Below are positions 63,020 to 64,000 of a stretch of DNA of 64,000 bases, one piece after another (the first letter of the stretch is position 1; each line of letters begins with the position of its first letter). The notes under the pieces were generated by a model, which saw nothing but the letters and a program-made list of their open reading frames with translations, had not been told where the DNA came from and ran no database searches. Source of the DNA: Octopus bimaculoides (taxonomy: Eukaryota); NCBI RefSeq assembly GCF_001194135.2, contig NC_068984.1, positions 14,192,268-14,256,267 of the forward strand. The letters run 5' to 3'. Position numbers and translations under genes: made by a program.

Positions 63020-63184
63020 TACGACGGGCTTCTTTCAGTTTCCCTCTACCAAATCCACTCACAGGGCTTTGGTCGGCCTGAGGCTATAGTAGAAAATACT
63101 TGCCCAAGGTGACACGCAGTGGGACTGAATCCGGAACCATGTGGTTCGTAAGCAGCTACTTACCACACCGCCACTCCTGCGCCT
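62740..63184 (-). mobile_element. CORE-A SINE, full length and young-looking, with (GAGTAAAA)n-type tail
   Basis: Best-preserved copy in the window: head AGGCGCAGGAGTGGCGGTGTGGTAAG, B-box GATTCAGTCCC, CORE, internal (TA)n, tail ending TGACTGAAACAAGTAAAAGAGTAAAAGAGTA. Confidence 0.95.
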
Positions 63185-63692
63185 ATCATTAGTTTAATTC
63201 TGTGTTGAAATTTATTCACCAATGAAATATGTACGTGAAGCTACCATGGAGAACCTCTTTATAAACCAGCTTTACTAAATAAATTAATCATGATCCGAGT
63301 ACTACATGCATGCTATATTTTTGGCACTTCTTTACGTGTACCCCAGTGATACATCTTGTTCAGTGGAGGATATTACACTAATAGAGACGTTTTTTGCATT
63401 TTATTTTTCGTGTAATTTTGGCTAACAACTGTATATACATATATTCTATAGTATTACTGTGAAATAAAACAATGATAACGCAGAAGCAATTCATGAACAA
63501 TCTAACTGAAAAGAATCCATCATATATGCAAGTCGTTTAATTCGTTTACTTGCTACTGTGTTACTGACATGTTCATAAGTGGTGTAATCGGTGGAGATTT
63601 ATATACGACACACATACGTTAATGACGTCCATAACGTATTGAAACTGTTTCTGTCCATGTTTCTTGTCTTATTCACGAGGTTGTTGAGCAAA

Positions 63693-63746
63693 GAGACAAG
63701 ATGCTTATATCTCTCTATGGAGACGAGATGCTTACATCTCTCAATG
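63693..63746. repeat. 27-bp tandem duplication
   Basis: GAGACAAGATGCTTATATCTCTCTATG followed by GAGACGAGATGCTTACATCTCTCAATG. Confidence 0.85.
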
Positions 63747-63949
63747 TTGTCGCCTATGCACTTGGGCGTGTGCGCGCTCGAGTGTATGAGAGTAAGATAA
63801 TATGGGCAACTCTGTCGAACGCTTTATTGAAATCAAGGTATATGGCATCAGCGTGTGAACCTGTTGCCGAGGCTTTAAGTATATCATCGATGTAGAGTAA
63901 GAGGTGTCAGACAGACCCTGCCACAGCGAAAGCCATGTTGGTTTGAATT

Positions 63950-64000
<51 letters not shown>

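Overview
AT-rich animal genomic DNA from a gappy draft assembly (17 N-runs, almost all flanked by (TA)n, (CA)n or (GA)n microsatellites). The repeat landscape looks to me like Octopus (cephalopod) DNA, but this is inferred from SINE and LINE recognition and not verified. I find no protein-coding gene that I can support; every long ORF in the supplied track is a microsatellite or N-run read-through. The window is intronic or intergenic and is built from decayed mobile elements: more than 20 copies or fragments of three tRNA-derived SINE families (my labels CORE-A, CORE-B and M), four separate Tc1/mariner relics, 3' ends of restriction-like-endonuclease (R4/Dong-type) and RTE-type LINEs, a hAT-like MITE and a 300-bp fold-back element. 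The best finding is a near-canonical minimal type I hammerhead ribozyme at 25052-25109 (+): perfect 6-bp stem I, CUGAUGA and GAAA core, palindromic ACUAGU stem III and GUC cleavage triplet. It lies just downstream of a possible Penelope GIY-YIG relic, and several more degenerate hammerhead-like motifs occur elsewhere. Also notable are a LINE 3' end that shares a covarying terminal stem-loop with the CORE-A SINE tail (candidate partner LINE), a double-hairpin module shared by two SINE families, and a stack of LINE ends within one (TAA)n tract.
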